NCBI RefSeq assembly: GCF_006345805.1
Contig: NC_043022.1
Span: 11,408,001-11,472,000, forward strand
Direction: 5' to 3'
DNA: 64,000 nt
Source: Octopus sinensis
Lineage: Eukaryota
Within the stretch, counting starts at the first letter, position 1; each line of letters opens with the position of its first letter. Of this stretch, positions 12,501-26,100 are shown one piece after another. The notes beneath the pieces are model-generated. The model was not told the origin of the DNA. It saw only the letters and a program-made list of their open reading frames with translations, and ran no database searches. Made by a program: the position numbers and the translations under genes.

Positions 12501-15171
12501 GTCAAAGGCTTTCTCCAAGTCAACAAAAGCCAGGTACAAGGGCTTACCTTTGGCTAGGTATTTCTCCTGCAGCTGTCTTACCAGGAATATAGCATCAGTA
12601 GTACTTTTCCCTGGCACGAACCCAAACTGCATATCATCTAAGCTAACTCTCTCTCTAATTAACTGGGCTATAACCCTCTCCGTAACCTTCATTACCTGAT
12701 CCAACAGCTTGATGCCCCTGTAGTTGTTTGTATCTAGGGCATCGCCTTTACCTTTGTAGCAGTTGACTATTATGCTGCTACACCAGTCATTGGGTATGAC
12801 TCCTTCGTGTATCACCTGGTTAACTATACAGGTGACTATGCTATAGCCGACACTACCAGATATTTTGAGCATCTCTGCAGTAATTCCTGTTGGGCCTGGG
12901 GCTTTCCCTGTCTTCATGCTTCTAATTGCCTTAGCTACCACGGAACTATCAACTCGGATAGCTGGTCCCTTTGTTGGGTCAACATTCGGCAGACTCTCTT
13001 TATCCCATTCATTTTCCTCATTCAGCAACCTTTCATAGTGGCGTCTCCAAGCTTCTCTCTTTGCATCCTCATTTAGCGCAAGTGAACCATCTTCCATGCG
13101 AACACATTTCTCTCCTACCACATCACGATTCTCTCTCACACACTGTCTTGCAACACGAAATACCTCAAGTCTTTCATCCTCACGGCACAGGACATTGGCA
13201 AATTTTCTCTTATCTGCTTCCCCTCTGGCTAGATAGACCTGTCTCCTAGCTTCCCTTCTGGCAGTCTGATACACTTCCCTGCTACCACCGTTCTTCCAGG
13301 CCTTCCAAGCCTGTTTCTTTTGTCTAATAGCCCTGTCAACAATATTGTTCCACCACCATGTTATTTTGGGTCTTAAGGGGACTTTGCACCCGCCACAGAT
13401 CTGGTCAGCGGCTTTCAGCAGGTTGTCCCTCAGAAACGTCCAGTTGTCTTCTACCCCATGTGTAGCTATACCCCCTTCCACTTCGTCAAAGGCTTCAAGT
13501 AACATATCTCTAAATCTCTGTCCATTCGCAGGGTCTTTAAGCTTCCAGACCCTTCTTCTCCATGTTGGTCGTCTTCTAGTCGCCCTCTTAGTCCTGATCC
13601 TAAAGTCACTAACTACCAGTCTATGTTGTGGGGTGCATTCTTCGCCTGGGAAGGTTTTGGCATTTATAAGCAGCCATCTTTCCCTTTTTCTGGCAAGGAT
13701 GTAGTCGATTTGGCTAGTATGCCGGCCCGATCGGTAGGTGACCAGGTGGCTTGTTGGTTTCCTGAAGTTAGTGTTGCAGACCATAAGACTATTCGCATCG
13801 CAGAACTCCAGCAGCCTGGTTCCCTCCTCGTTGCGGGAACCATAACCGTAGCCTCCATGTACACCATGGAAGCCCCCAGCGTGTCGTCCAACATGCCCAT
13901 TGAAATCACCAGCCACAAAGAGAAGGTCCCTGTCGTTCGTCAATGAGGTGGTCTGCAGTAGGGTGTCATAGAAACTGTCTTTCTGTCTATCGGGTAGCCC
14001 TGGCTGAGGGGCATAGGCCGATATAATGGTTGCTAATCTATTATGAAGCACTATTCTAATCTTAAGTATTCTGTCACTTACTCTGATTACCTCAATTACT
14101 CTATCTATCCATTTCTCAGCGATAAGTATACCCACGCCACCAACCCCGTCAGTGTTCCCTGCCCAGAAAATCTTGTACCTGTGTTCCTTGCCTGTGAGGA
14201 ACCTAGCAGATCCTCCTCTCCACCTTATTTCTTGCATACAACATACATCAACACGTCTCCATTCAAGCATCTCGACTATCTCGCCAGACCTACCTTTCAG
14301 TGTGCCAACGTTGAGGGTGTGGAAGGTATTGACCCGAGAGGCCCAGGGACGGGGAGCAGTGGCGTCATGTACCTGAAAAGAAGAAGAAAACTCGCATTTG
14401 GCAGAATTCATAAGCAAAGCAATGAACTTAAGTTCAACCTGTTACACTACACTATCATGTTTTTGCGCCGTATGGTCACCACCATATATAGAAGGGGTGG
14501 TATTGGTTTAAGGCCTTTAGGTGTTCATGGAAGAAAAGCAAAGGAAGGCAAGGTGAGATAAGGACTTCCGGTACTGGTGGTGGGGGCGGGAGGGCAGTCG
14601 CACCGCGCACTGGGAGAAGACGAGATTTAGGCGGCAGTAAGAAAGACAAGATTTGAGATGGAAAGGTTTGCGGTCGTGTGCATAAGTTTCTATGAGTGGA
14701 AGTTGGGAAAGATGGGTTAGAGAATTAAGCGACAGAAAGACCAGATTTGAGACGAGATATTTTTGCGGTCGTGTGAATAAGTTTTTGTGAGCGAAAGTTT
14801 ATATGCTTCAGCTAGCATTTGAGACAAAGGACAACGATAACGATAATATATGGGGACACAATAATAAGGCTTGATGGTGATAATAATACTTGCAAAAACA
14901 ATGAAAGAGGGACAGGTCGTGAACTTAAATATGACTTAGCTGATATTTCTCATCATCCTGCGGTTCGTATTTCGTGTGTTATAGCCAGGAGAAAAGTAAT
15001 AATAAGGGGCGGTCAAGCCTCGTGCGTAGGGTTTTATAGGGGAGGGGGTGCGGAGGTGTGAGTAGAAGGCAGAGCGTATTGGCTAAATATATGTATATAT
15101 ATATATATATATAATTGCATTGCTTTGTGGTTAAGAATGTTCCTTCACAACTTTGTGGCTCCAGATTTGAT

Positions 15172-15210
<39 letters not shown>

Positions 15211-18200
15211 TATATGTGTGTGTATGTTTGTATGTATTTAGGATAAATGTTTGAAAAAAAATCCTGAAATCCTTTGAGCAATGCAGATGAGGAGTTAAGC
15301 AAATATGTGAGGTGATGTCAGTAGATGAAAACAAAGATAAGAGATATTGTGTTACCTTACATGGGGTGTTTGACCCTACAATATTTGGTGAAAAATTCTT
15401 CTTAAATAGGAGAAAAATATTATCAAAGATTATTGGCCATTCTAGTGTGTTTTGAGAATTGGCTGAGCTGACTTCCACCTTTCTTTCCATCGAATGAGGT
15501 GTCAGCTGCCAAATTACTCACTTTGCATACACTTTCCAATACCCAAAGTCTTCCACTATCTTCTACACTGCATTGTGTCAATAGTTTAATAGTTTAATTG
15601 CACTGGAAGCTCGTGGATTGTATTTATTTGCTAAGTGAATCAGTTTATCCACTCACTAGCATTTCATGTCAGTGGTCACAGTTGATGACATCCTACTGCA
15701 TGGCTTGTCTTCCGTGCTGGTTTCTTTATTTTTAGATCTCTTTATATACCTATGCATGTTGTGCTTGTCGTTTCTGTCTGTAAACAACCTATAGCCTTCT
15801 GTGGATGTCAGACAGCCTACACCTTTCTTTGTCAAGAACTCACTGATGATACATTACTTCTGCTTGGAACACTTTATTTGTTCTTTGCAACGAAGAACAA
15901 GCTGAGTTATTTTTGTGTGTATGTGTGTGTGTGTGTGTGACAGAAAGAGAGAGAGAGGGAGAGAGAGAAAATGAATACATGTAAATGAAGACAAATGTAT
16001 CAACCCCACCATATGTAATTGTGGAGCTGCCACCTGGGTAAATCAGTCCTTACTTTCTCCACCTTGGTTTAGACTACCTTCCACTTGTACTCAAAACTCA
16101 TCCTGTAATACTAATAATAATATTTCTTTTATTTGCCACACATGGGTATTGGATGAATGGGACATTACAAAGGCAGGTGGCATGTAGTGTGGGAATTTAC
16201 ATAAAATTGGGTGAGAAAGAAGGAAAACAAAAAAACAGAAATGAGATAAAAAGTTAACATGGTACATGAATATATGGATGATACTATTCTCCTGATACAG
16301 GACTGCCAACTTGGGCCAATCAGAGAACCCTGCAGATCCAAGATCACTGCAATTACCATGAATAAATGCTTTATTGCACATGTTGTTCTCTGACTTACAG
16401 ATGCATGTTTCATGTTGTTGCATCAACTCATTTTGGCTGAATCAGTTGAATACCAAGCAGAAATACTTTATAGCTTTTAATTATATCCCTTTGCATTCTG
16501 AGTTCAAATTCTGTTGCAGTCAACAATGCCTTTCATTCTTGTGATGATATAAAAATAAGTATTAATAACATTGACTAAATCAAAATTAGAATAAAATCCA
16601 CTAGCTTTGGACTAATAGCATTGGTGATCAAGTGTTGGACAAAATGTATTGTGATATTTAGTTATAACCCTTTACATATGAGTTCTGATCCTACTAAGAT
16701 ATATTTTTCCTTTCATACTTACTGAATGAATAATTTAGAGTCATAATACTGTGCCAGTATTTGATTTAATTGGTTATACCCTCCCCTGAAGTTGTTGAAT
16801 TAAAACAGTTAGGACATTTCACTTAAACTGTTTTCATATTTCTGCCTAAGATACTCAAATTTTGTTTCCTACATGGCTTAACTGCAATAAGAAGAAGGCC
16901 TCGAGGAATTAACTGATTCTTATTGCAATGACTGAAACATATGGACAATGAAAAATAGTTTTGATTGTAAATGACACTAATAATAAAATGTCAGTAATAG
17001 TAGTAGTAGTAGCAACAGCAGCAGCAATAATAAATTGAAACCTTATGTGAATAATCTCCTATTATGTTTCAGATTCACGGTATATAGTTGAGATCAATCC
17101 ATCCAATCTCAGAGTGCGTACAGGTTCACGTGCTGTGTTTACATGTGATGTCATTGGTGTTCGTGTAGCACAAGTCAAGTGGTCCAGACGATCAGGGGTG
17201 AGTTCGCTTGATTTATTAATAACATCAGGAAAAAAAAATGAGTGATTTTATGTAAAAATATATTTTGAGTTTTATATTTTGACTTAATCAATAGAGGAAA
17301 AGCAGCACACATGTCTATTTTTCAGGACATTTTAAACTGGTGGGAGGCAAGCAGGGGTTACCTTCAAACTGAAATCTTTGCAATAGAGTGGAAACAACTG
17401 CAGTCACTAAAGGGCCAGGTGGTGATGTTGAAGTTAGTGAAAAATTAAGTCTACCATCCAAGAACAGAAACTGTTGTCTTTTTGACAGGTTTCCACAGAA
17501 TTTCACTTCTTCAAATTCCACTCAAAAGGCTTTTCTGGTTAATTCAAGGCCATGATATAAGATGGTTTCTCTCCAAAGTGTTACATAGAGTGATCGATCT
17601 GAAAGCGATGTAGCCTGGGACTAAATAACATGAACAACAACCACTCATGTATATGAACTCCCTTGGTCACTCGATAATAAAAATTGGTTTATTAATGAGT
17701 TGGTGGTTCATAATTATTAGATAAAGGATTGTAAGAAGTGATTTTGTTCCTTCTGAAGCCATGCCTGGCTCATAAGAGCCAGTTTCCTTGGCATATAGGT
17801 TCCCCACCTGGACAGGACGCCGGTCCATCACAGGTGAACTGCAAGATGCAGGAGGAAAGAGTGAGAGAAAGTTATGGCGAAAGAGTCAGCAGAAGTTCGC
17901 CATTACCTTCTGCCAGAGCTGTGTGGAGCTTAGGTATTTTTGCTCATAAACACACACATCACCCGGTCTGAGATTCGAACCCGCAATCCCTCAACCACGA
18001 GTCTGCTGCTCTAACCACTAGGCCATGTGCCTCCACACTAAGAAGTGATTGAGATCAAGGAGGGAAGAACTAGTTAAGAGAACTAGCCATGATGAAGAAA
18101 GATTAAGAATAATCACTGACAGTTGAAGGATTAGCTGATGGGCAGTGAGCATTAGATAATAAGTGGCTAGCAGTGAGAATTTAATTATAGTGGAGAAACA

Positions 18201-19976
18201 GAGAAATGAGAATTGGGCCGAAGTGGATGGGAGCAGCAAGAATTGCAGTAATGGTGACACTGGATGGACAAAAGGAGGTTGGGGGAATGAAAAGTGGATG
18301 ATAATGTGAATTGTTTATAGGAAGCAATAATGGAGAGGCAATGAAAATTAACACAGGGTGCTAATGAAAAAACCAGGACATACCACTGGGAGGAAATTTG
18401 TAGAATAATGACTAGTCTGTGAAAATTTGACTCGTCATTATTTCACAAAAAGCTTAATTAGGTGACTGACTTAGCTATTCTAAAATGTTTCCCAATTCTT
18501 TATGTCTGATCATTATTTTTATTTATCCTTCTTCTTCTAGAAACCAATATCTCGTAAAGCTTCCATCAGTGGCAACCGTTTAGATATTTATGATATTGAA
18601 CCTGCAGATGCTGATGACTATATTTGTGAAGTGAACATTGGAGGAGAAAAATTGATCAAGGTAGCAAACCTTGGTGTAGATCTGCGTAAGTACAGGAGAT
18701 ATTTATTATATTGTGTCCTCTTATTTGCCTCCATGTTGCCTTTCTGGTTCTTCTGTTCATCTTATCCATATAGCTGCTGTATTCTGTTACGTTGTTCAGT
18801 AACTAGACACACCACCAACTCAACCATCTTCGCTCTACATCCACTGTATGCTGTATTACCAGACTCGACCATTATGACACTCCCCCTCTCTAAATGTGTA
18901 CTCTGTTACAATGCTTCCTTATATCTATGTTTGACACTATTACTGTACATTGGCACTGTAGTATATTTCTGTGGCCTACACTTAATTATAGCATACCCGT
19001 ATTGTATTATATTGCAGATCTATACATAAGTATCATATAGCTCACAACCATTCCCAAAGCAGCTCTGCACACTATTAACTCTACTACTACTACTCACTCT
19101 TCAGTTCTTATTGGGTAATGGTATTGTCCTTCTCTTCCTCTTTATATTCTTTAGTTATCCCATTTGTTGTCACTGTCAACCCACGAACTTTGACTGTCCG
19201 AGAAGGTGACCCAGCTAAATTCATGTGCCAGATTAGTGCTGGACACTCAGGAACCATACAATGGACCAGAAGTGAAAGGGTGAGCATAACTTTGTCATTC
19301 ACCAATAATGTGTGAACAAAATATTCATCTTCAATATTTATATTTACCTCTATGTTTCTGTTGGTCTTCTTTCCTGTTGTCAATTACGGTGTCTTGTTCC
19401 TGAATATACACATGCTAGGAGTTGGATTAGGAAACCATTTTTAAAGTAATAGCAAATGTTCTTATCCCCTCTGCCATTGATGCAGTATAGTTACATTGTT
19501 CAAATCCAGTCAAGACTATGTACCTATCCAGGAATGAAACACCTGGTTTTGATTGTTGGTAAATCTATCAAAAAGGAGCAGAGACAAAAGTAGTGAAAAA
19601 ATGTTTCATCTTTGAACATGTGGCAAATAGTTTAAAAAATTCAAAATTTATATTGTACATTTAAGTGTAGAAAGATAATATGGCTGTGTGACTGAGGATT
19701 CCATTTCCCAACCATGAGGATGGGGTTCAGTCCCTCTGTATGGCACCTCGAGTAAGTGTTTTCTGCTATTGCCCAAAGTCATGTGGGTGGATTTGGCAGA
19801 TGGAAACTGAAAGAGGATTGTCATGTGTGTGTGTGTGTGTGTATTAAAACAAAAATTCTGGTCATAAAGTTACCAAAGGTTTCATACCCATGAAAGCAAA
19901 AATTTATATTTTTGTTTTAATAATTACTACTCTGTTCTTTAGAGTGTGCTTCTTTTCTGATATATGTTTTATTGAC

Positions 19977-20008
<32 letters not shown>

Positions 20009-23000
20009 AGGCAAGCTGGCAGAAACGTTAGCACGCCGGGCGAAATGTGTAGCCATATTTCATCTGCCGTTACATTCTGAGTTCAAATTCTGCCATGGTC
20101 GACTTTGCCTTTCATCCTTTCGGGGTCGATAAATTAAGTACCATTTACGCACTGGGGTCGATGTAATCGACTTAATTCGTTTGTCTGTCCTTGTTTGTCC
20201 CCTCTGTGTTTAGCCTCTTGTGGGTAGTAAAGAAATATATATATATATATATTTATATACACATGCACTTACATATATAGTTTGTTTGGATAAATGTTTA
20301 AAGATATAAGAATGATTGTTTGTATCTTGTATGTATGAGTTTGTATGTGAAAGTAGATTTACATGGGAGTCTATTGTATGTATGAGTGAGTGCATAAAAG
20401 CAGGTACATATGAGAATGTGTATTTTGCCTCTCCCATTCCTTAAAAACAGGATGTTATGCTTAGGTAGGGTTGTCATTTTTGTTGTTAAGAATCAACAGC
20501 ATGCCAGGAAAAATTTCCTACGATATTTAGTTACATTCATTTTTGCTCTGAGATTGGGTCAAATAATGCAAAGCATGTAGTTTGTTATAATGTAATTTTT
20601 TAATGCTATTACTTGCAGCGAGCTCTGGGACCAAGGACTTCATCTATTGATGGTATTCTCATGATCAATGCAGTAACTGAGAATGATGCCGGCGAATATG
20701 TATGCACTGCTTTTGGTGACAGTGGAAGGGCATCCGAGACCGTCCGATTGATCATAGACACCCGTAAGTCTCTCTTTAAATATTAACTATTACGTCATGC
20801 TGCTACCATTGTTGTAAAATGTATACAATTGTTGTTTAGCCCCAAGTATGCATTGACCAGGCAAATTTAATGCTACTACAGCCTGGATCATCTCAACATG
20901 TGTCCTTCGTGTTTTAAAGACAGTAGCATGGTGTGATTACAGGCAAAGTTAGTTGCTACTTCAAGATGTTGGAGACATCACATGTAAGCAAATTTGGCAC
21001 AGAAGATAACTAGTTTCTATTTGTCCAAAATAACATGTGACTGCAGTGAATCTAAAGTAAACATGGTTTCTGTCTGTGCCATGTAAAATGGATCACAGAC
21101 TACCAGTTTCCGATTGACTAAAATAATACACATTGTAAAATGTTGAAATCAGTATAAATTTATGCCATTCACTGTTTCAGAGATTGGACCAGGTACAGGC
21201 CCCCCTAAGGGACCTTGTCGTCATACTGAAGCCACATGTAACAATGGTCAGTGTATTCCCAAAGATTTCCGTTGTGATGGTGAAACAGACTGTGCAGATG
21301 GTTCTGATGAATTTAGCTGCAGTAAGTTATTTTTTTTATTCATATTTGTCTTAGTTTTGTTAGCTTGATGTATTAACAGAGAGCTTATAAAAAATTTTGC
21401 CGAAATTGATAATCCCTCTCTAATAACTCTCTCTCTCTCTCTCCTACATACACACACATACACACACACACACATATCATCATCATCATCATCATCGTTT
21501 AACGTCCGCTTTCCATGCTAGCATGGGTTGGACGATTTTGATTGAAGGCTGATGAACCAGATGGCTGCACCAGGCTTCAATCTTGATCTGGCAGACTTTC
21601 TACAGCTGGATACCCTTCCTAACGCCAACCACTCTGAGAGTGTAGTGGGTGCTTTTTACGTGCCACCGGCACGGGGGCCAGTCAGGCAGTACTGGCAATG
21701 ACCTCGCTCGAATCTTTTACACATGCCACTGGCACAGGTTCCAGTAAGGCGACATTGGTAACGATCACACTCGATGAAATGTAAAAAGAAATATAACTAA
21801 CACCACAAGGCATTAATAAAGAAAAACAAAAACTAGTATATAAGAATAATATATTGAAAGAAAAAAAATGTACATCTTCAACAGTTGCCTAAAACAACTG
21901 TGTTTGCCATGGTTCAATATACAAACTTTGATGGAAGGAAAACAAATTTGATGTCAGTTGGATTTTGTTTTTATATATATATATATATCATCATCATCAT
22001 CGTCATCATTTAATGTCCATTTTTTATGCTGGCATGGGTTTAACTGGGAACTGGCAAGCCAGAAGGTGGCACTGGCATTGGCCATGTTCAGATGGTGCTT
22101 TTTACGTGCCACCGGCACTGGAGCCAGTCGAGGCAGCGGAGGGAGGACTAGCATCGATCCACATGAATGGTGCTTATTGCGTGCCACCAGCACGGGTGCC
22201 GGTCAAGCAGCACTGGCATCAGCCACAATTACAATTTCCATTTTGATTGAGATTCTGATTGTGATGTTTGAAGGCCGTGCTTCACCACCTCATCTCATGT
22301 CTTCCAGGGTCTCCCTCTTCCATGGGTTCCTTCCACTGTTAGGGTGTGACACTTCTTCACACAGCTCTCCTCATCCATATGCAGCACATGACCATACCAG
22401 CGCAGCCATCTCTCTTGCACACCACATCTGATGCTGCTTATGTCCAACATTTCTCTTAGGACGCTTACACTTTGTTGTGTGTGCACACTGACATTACACA
22501 TCCAGCGGATCTGCCTATACTTCTCTCTCTCTCTCTCTCTCTCCCTCTGTACTTTAGTACAAGCATGGATATGTGCTTAAGATGCACACTGCACAGACAT
22601 ATGGTTTGAGGTCTGTTCGCGTTGTATGGCTGTGTGAGCAAGTGTCTTCTACTATTATCATGAGCTAACCAGTGTCATTTGAGTGAAATATTTGGAACAA
22701 TCTGATGTAACAAAATATTCTCTGTATATTATCCAGGTCAGCCACTTCCATGTGAACCCAATGAATTTAAATGTCGAAATGGTCATTGTGCTATGAAAAT
22801 CTGGCGTTGTGATGGAGACAATGATTGTGGAGATGGTTCTGATGAAGAAAATTGCCGTAAGTTTAACTTTTACTCTTATTCTATGTATTTTGTAAATGAA
22901 ATTACTCTGATTCTTTGATTTTAATTAATTTCAATCTTTAGATTTATGTTTTCTCAACAATTCATTCAAAATGAGTTAAAAGTTATTTTTCTTTTCATAA

Positions 23001-23119
23001 ATTTAGCCATTTATTTATGTAATAGCAACATTATAGTATAGTATAGAATAATATTTGTTCACCGTTTTGTTCAAATTTCATTCTCTTTATACACACGCAA
23101 CCAGTTAGACCTCCCTCTG

Positions 23120-23178
<59 letters not shown>

Positions 23179-26100
23179 TAATGTCTTTTCGTTTTCTATC
23201 CTTCTTTATTTCCAATCTGTTTATTCAGCATATCTAGTAAACGGCTCATCTCACTTCCTTTGTAAAACATTAGCTTTTACTCTTGTTAAGAGCAAAACAA
23301 TTCATTCTGTTTTGCAAACTTTTTGTAGGCTTTATTTCCAGTCACTTTATCAGGTCAATTGCATTCAGTTTCTCATAATTATAGAGTGTAGTAATTAATA
23401 TGAATTCTTAAATGTGATCAATTACAGCAACTGGTCCTCCAGGATCTACCTGCGATATGGATGAATTCAAATGTATTGCCAGAAACCAGTGTATTCCATC
23501 CAGCTACCAATGTGATGGTGAAAACGACTGCTTGGATCGTTCTGATGAAATTGGCTGCAGTAAGTAGATTTCTTTCAAATAGGAACAAATGAAATTAAGT
23601 CAATTTCAATATACTACCAGATTATCTGTATTTTATGAAATGAAACGATAACTTTAAATGGATTTGAACATAGAAGTGTGTGGAGTGGCAGTAGGCTGTT
23701 GGGTCTTGTATTATTGTTTAACCCTTTAGCATTCAAATTACTCTCTCAAAATTTAGTACTTATTTATTCACATTGTTTTGAATTAATCATGCATTATCTC
23801 ATAGTTTGAAGATTTTGATAAGGTAGCCATTAATTTTTAGAATGATATTATAGGGTTGCTGTGAGAGGCCAGATCCAGTTAATCTCTATATATATAAATG
23901 GCAAAATGTTTGCATGTGTGTCCTTTATACAAATCCACAATTTTTCAGTTAGAGGGCTCGCACTTTCTATGGTCATTCAAAACCATCCAAAGATGGTCGT
24001 GCACATATTTACATTTCCCCAGTCACCCTGCAAAGCCATTAAAAAGTCAATAGAAGTGACTTTTTTGTGAATTTTCTATCCAAAACCCAATCAAAATGCC
24101 TGAAACTTGATATCTCTTATTATAAAAGGCAGATTTTATCTGCCTCCCTTTGTATCTTATAGAAATCTACAATATAGGATTTCTTCAATTACAATTTACC
24201 TAGCATTTTTAAGAGTAGAATGCATCGGGTCGTGCCAGGTCCACTTTTTAAAATTTCAACCCCAATTAAGCAAAATTTAGAGAAAACTCACATTGTGGTG
24301 TATGAGTCAAATGTTTCTCTTAGTGTGGGATACAGCACACGCAAACGCACACACACAGTGGGCAACGAATAAAGTGAAAGTAATTCACTTTCTGTAGTGA
24401 GTGACTCTTTCACTCTACATTGCCACTTCCGCTTTACACACATAGACACGCAAATATATAAATAAAATTGTAAGCTAACGTGTGTGTGTGCGTGTGTGTG
24501 TGTGCGTGAGTGTGTGACAGGAAAGTTTTTTACGACGAATATAAGACCTATATCCAAGTAGCAGAAAGATCGCCCAAAAGTGTATATAGATATTTAAATG
24601 TATTTATATATTCATCTATACACAGATGTATGTATAATGTGTGTGTATATATTTCCATAGCGGTAACCTTTCACTCCATACAAAGTTCTTTAGGACGAAT
24701 ATAAGATCTAAAGTATATACAAGTAGCAGAAAGATCGCCCAAAAGTGTATATAGATATTTAAATGTATTTATATATTCATCTATGCACACATGTATGTAT
24801 AACGTGTGTGTATATATTTCCATAGAGGTAACCATTCACTCCATACAAAGTCTTTTAGGACGAAAATAAGATCTAAAGTTATCTCTAAGAAAAAGAAAGA
24901 TCGCCCAAAAGTGTATATAGATATTTAAATGTATTTATATATTCATCTGTACACAGATGTATGTATAATGTGTGTGTATATATTTCCATAGAGGTAACCT
25001 TTCACTCCATACAAAGTTTTTTAGGACGAATATAAGATCTAAAGTTATCTCTAAGAAAAAGAAAGATCGCCCAAAAGTGTATATAGATATTTAAATGTAT
25101 TTATATATTCATCTATACACACATGTATGTATAATGTGCGTGTATATATTTCCATAGAGGTAACCATTCACTCCATACAAAGTTTTTTAGGACGAAAATA
25201 AGATCTAAAGTTATCTCTAAGAAAAAGAAAGATCGCCCAAAAGTGTATATAGATATTTAAATGTATTTATATATTCATCTATACACAGATGTATGTATAA
25301 TGTGTGTGTATATATTTCCATAGAGGTAACCTTTCACTCCATACGAAGTTTTTTAGGACGAATATAAGATCTAAAGTTATCTCTAAGAAAAAGAAAGATC
25401 GCCCAAAAGTGTATATAGATATTTAAATGTATTTATATATTCATCTATACACACATGTATGTATAATGTGTGTGTATATATTTCCATAGAGGTAACCATT
25501 CAATCCATACAAAGTTTTTTAGGACGAAAATATTTATATATAAAAGAAAGGTTGTGTGTCTGTCTACTCCGATTTAGATTCCTAACTACTCCCACATTTT
25601 GCAATGCAGTTTAACCAAAACCGGGTATCTTATAGTCGTGATTCATATCGAGCCCTTCTGGGTATTAGCGCGCGTCTACGATGAGTCTATGAATTTACAA
25701 ATAATTTACCATCATTTTTTTCCATTTTAATGCATAATTTTTTAAATAAAGGGAAGTAACTCTCAAACTTCACACCAATATGCGTGCTCATATGCGACGT
25801 AATATCATATCAGCAGCATTTCCTCACACCCTCCTTGCACTTGGCGAAGGCAAAATACCAGGGGATGAAAATGGTAATATTGCCATCGATTCCATTTGTA
25901 CCATTGTTAAGACGCCTTCTGATCTCAGAGATGCAGTGTTCCCAGATCTACAAGCTAATTATCAGAATATGGATTGGATTGGCAAAAAGGCTATACTGGC
26001 CCCGAGGAATAAAACTGTTCAACATATTAATGATGAAATGCTAAAACTCATTCCTGGGGAAGTCTATGTATATCAGTCTATCGATACAACTCCTGACCCA

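Noticed and set aside
12310-14561. plus-strand ORFs overlapping the LINE
   Set aside because: Antisense shadows of the RT/endonuclease frame with no recognisable motifs.
15240-16430. diverged repeat-like segments (15240-15430 resembles 46085-46255)
   Set aside because: Probably old TE fragments, but too decayed to classify from sequence alone.
17965-18037. tRNA genes (also near 44370, 61445, 62250)
   Set aside because: A/B boxes continue into shared SINE bodies, most with TSDs; no clean cloverleaf.
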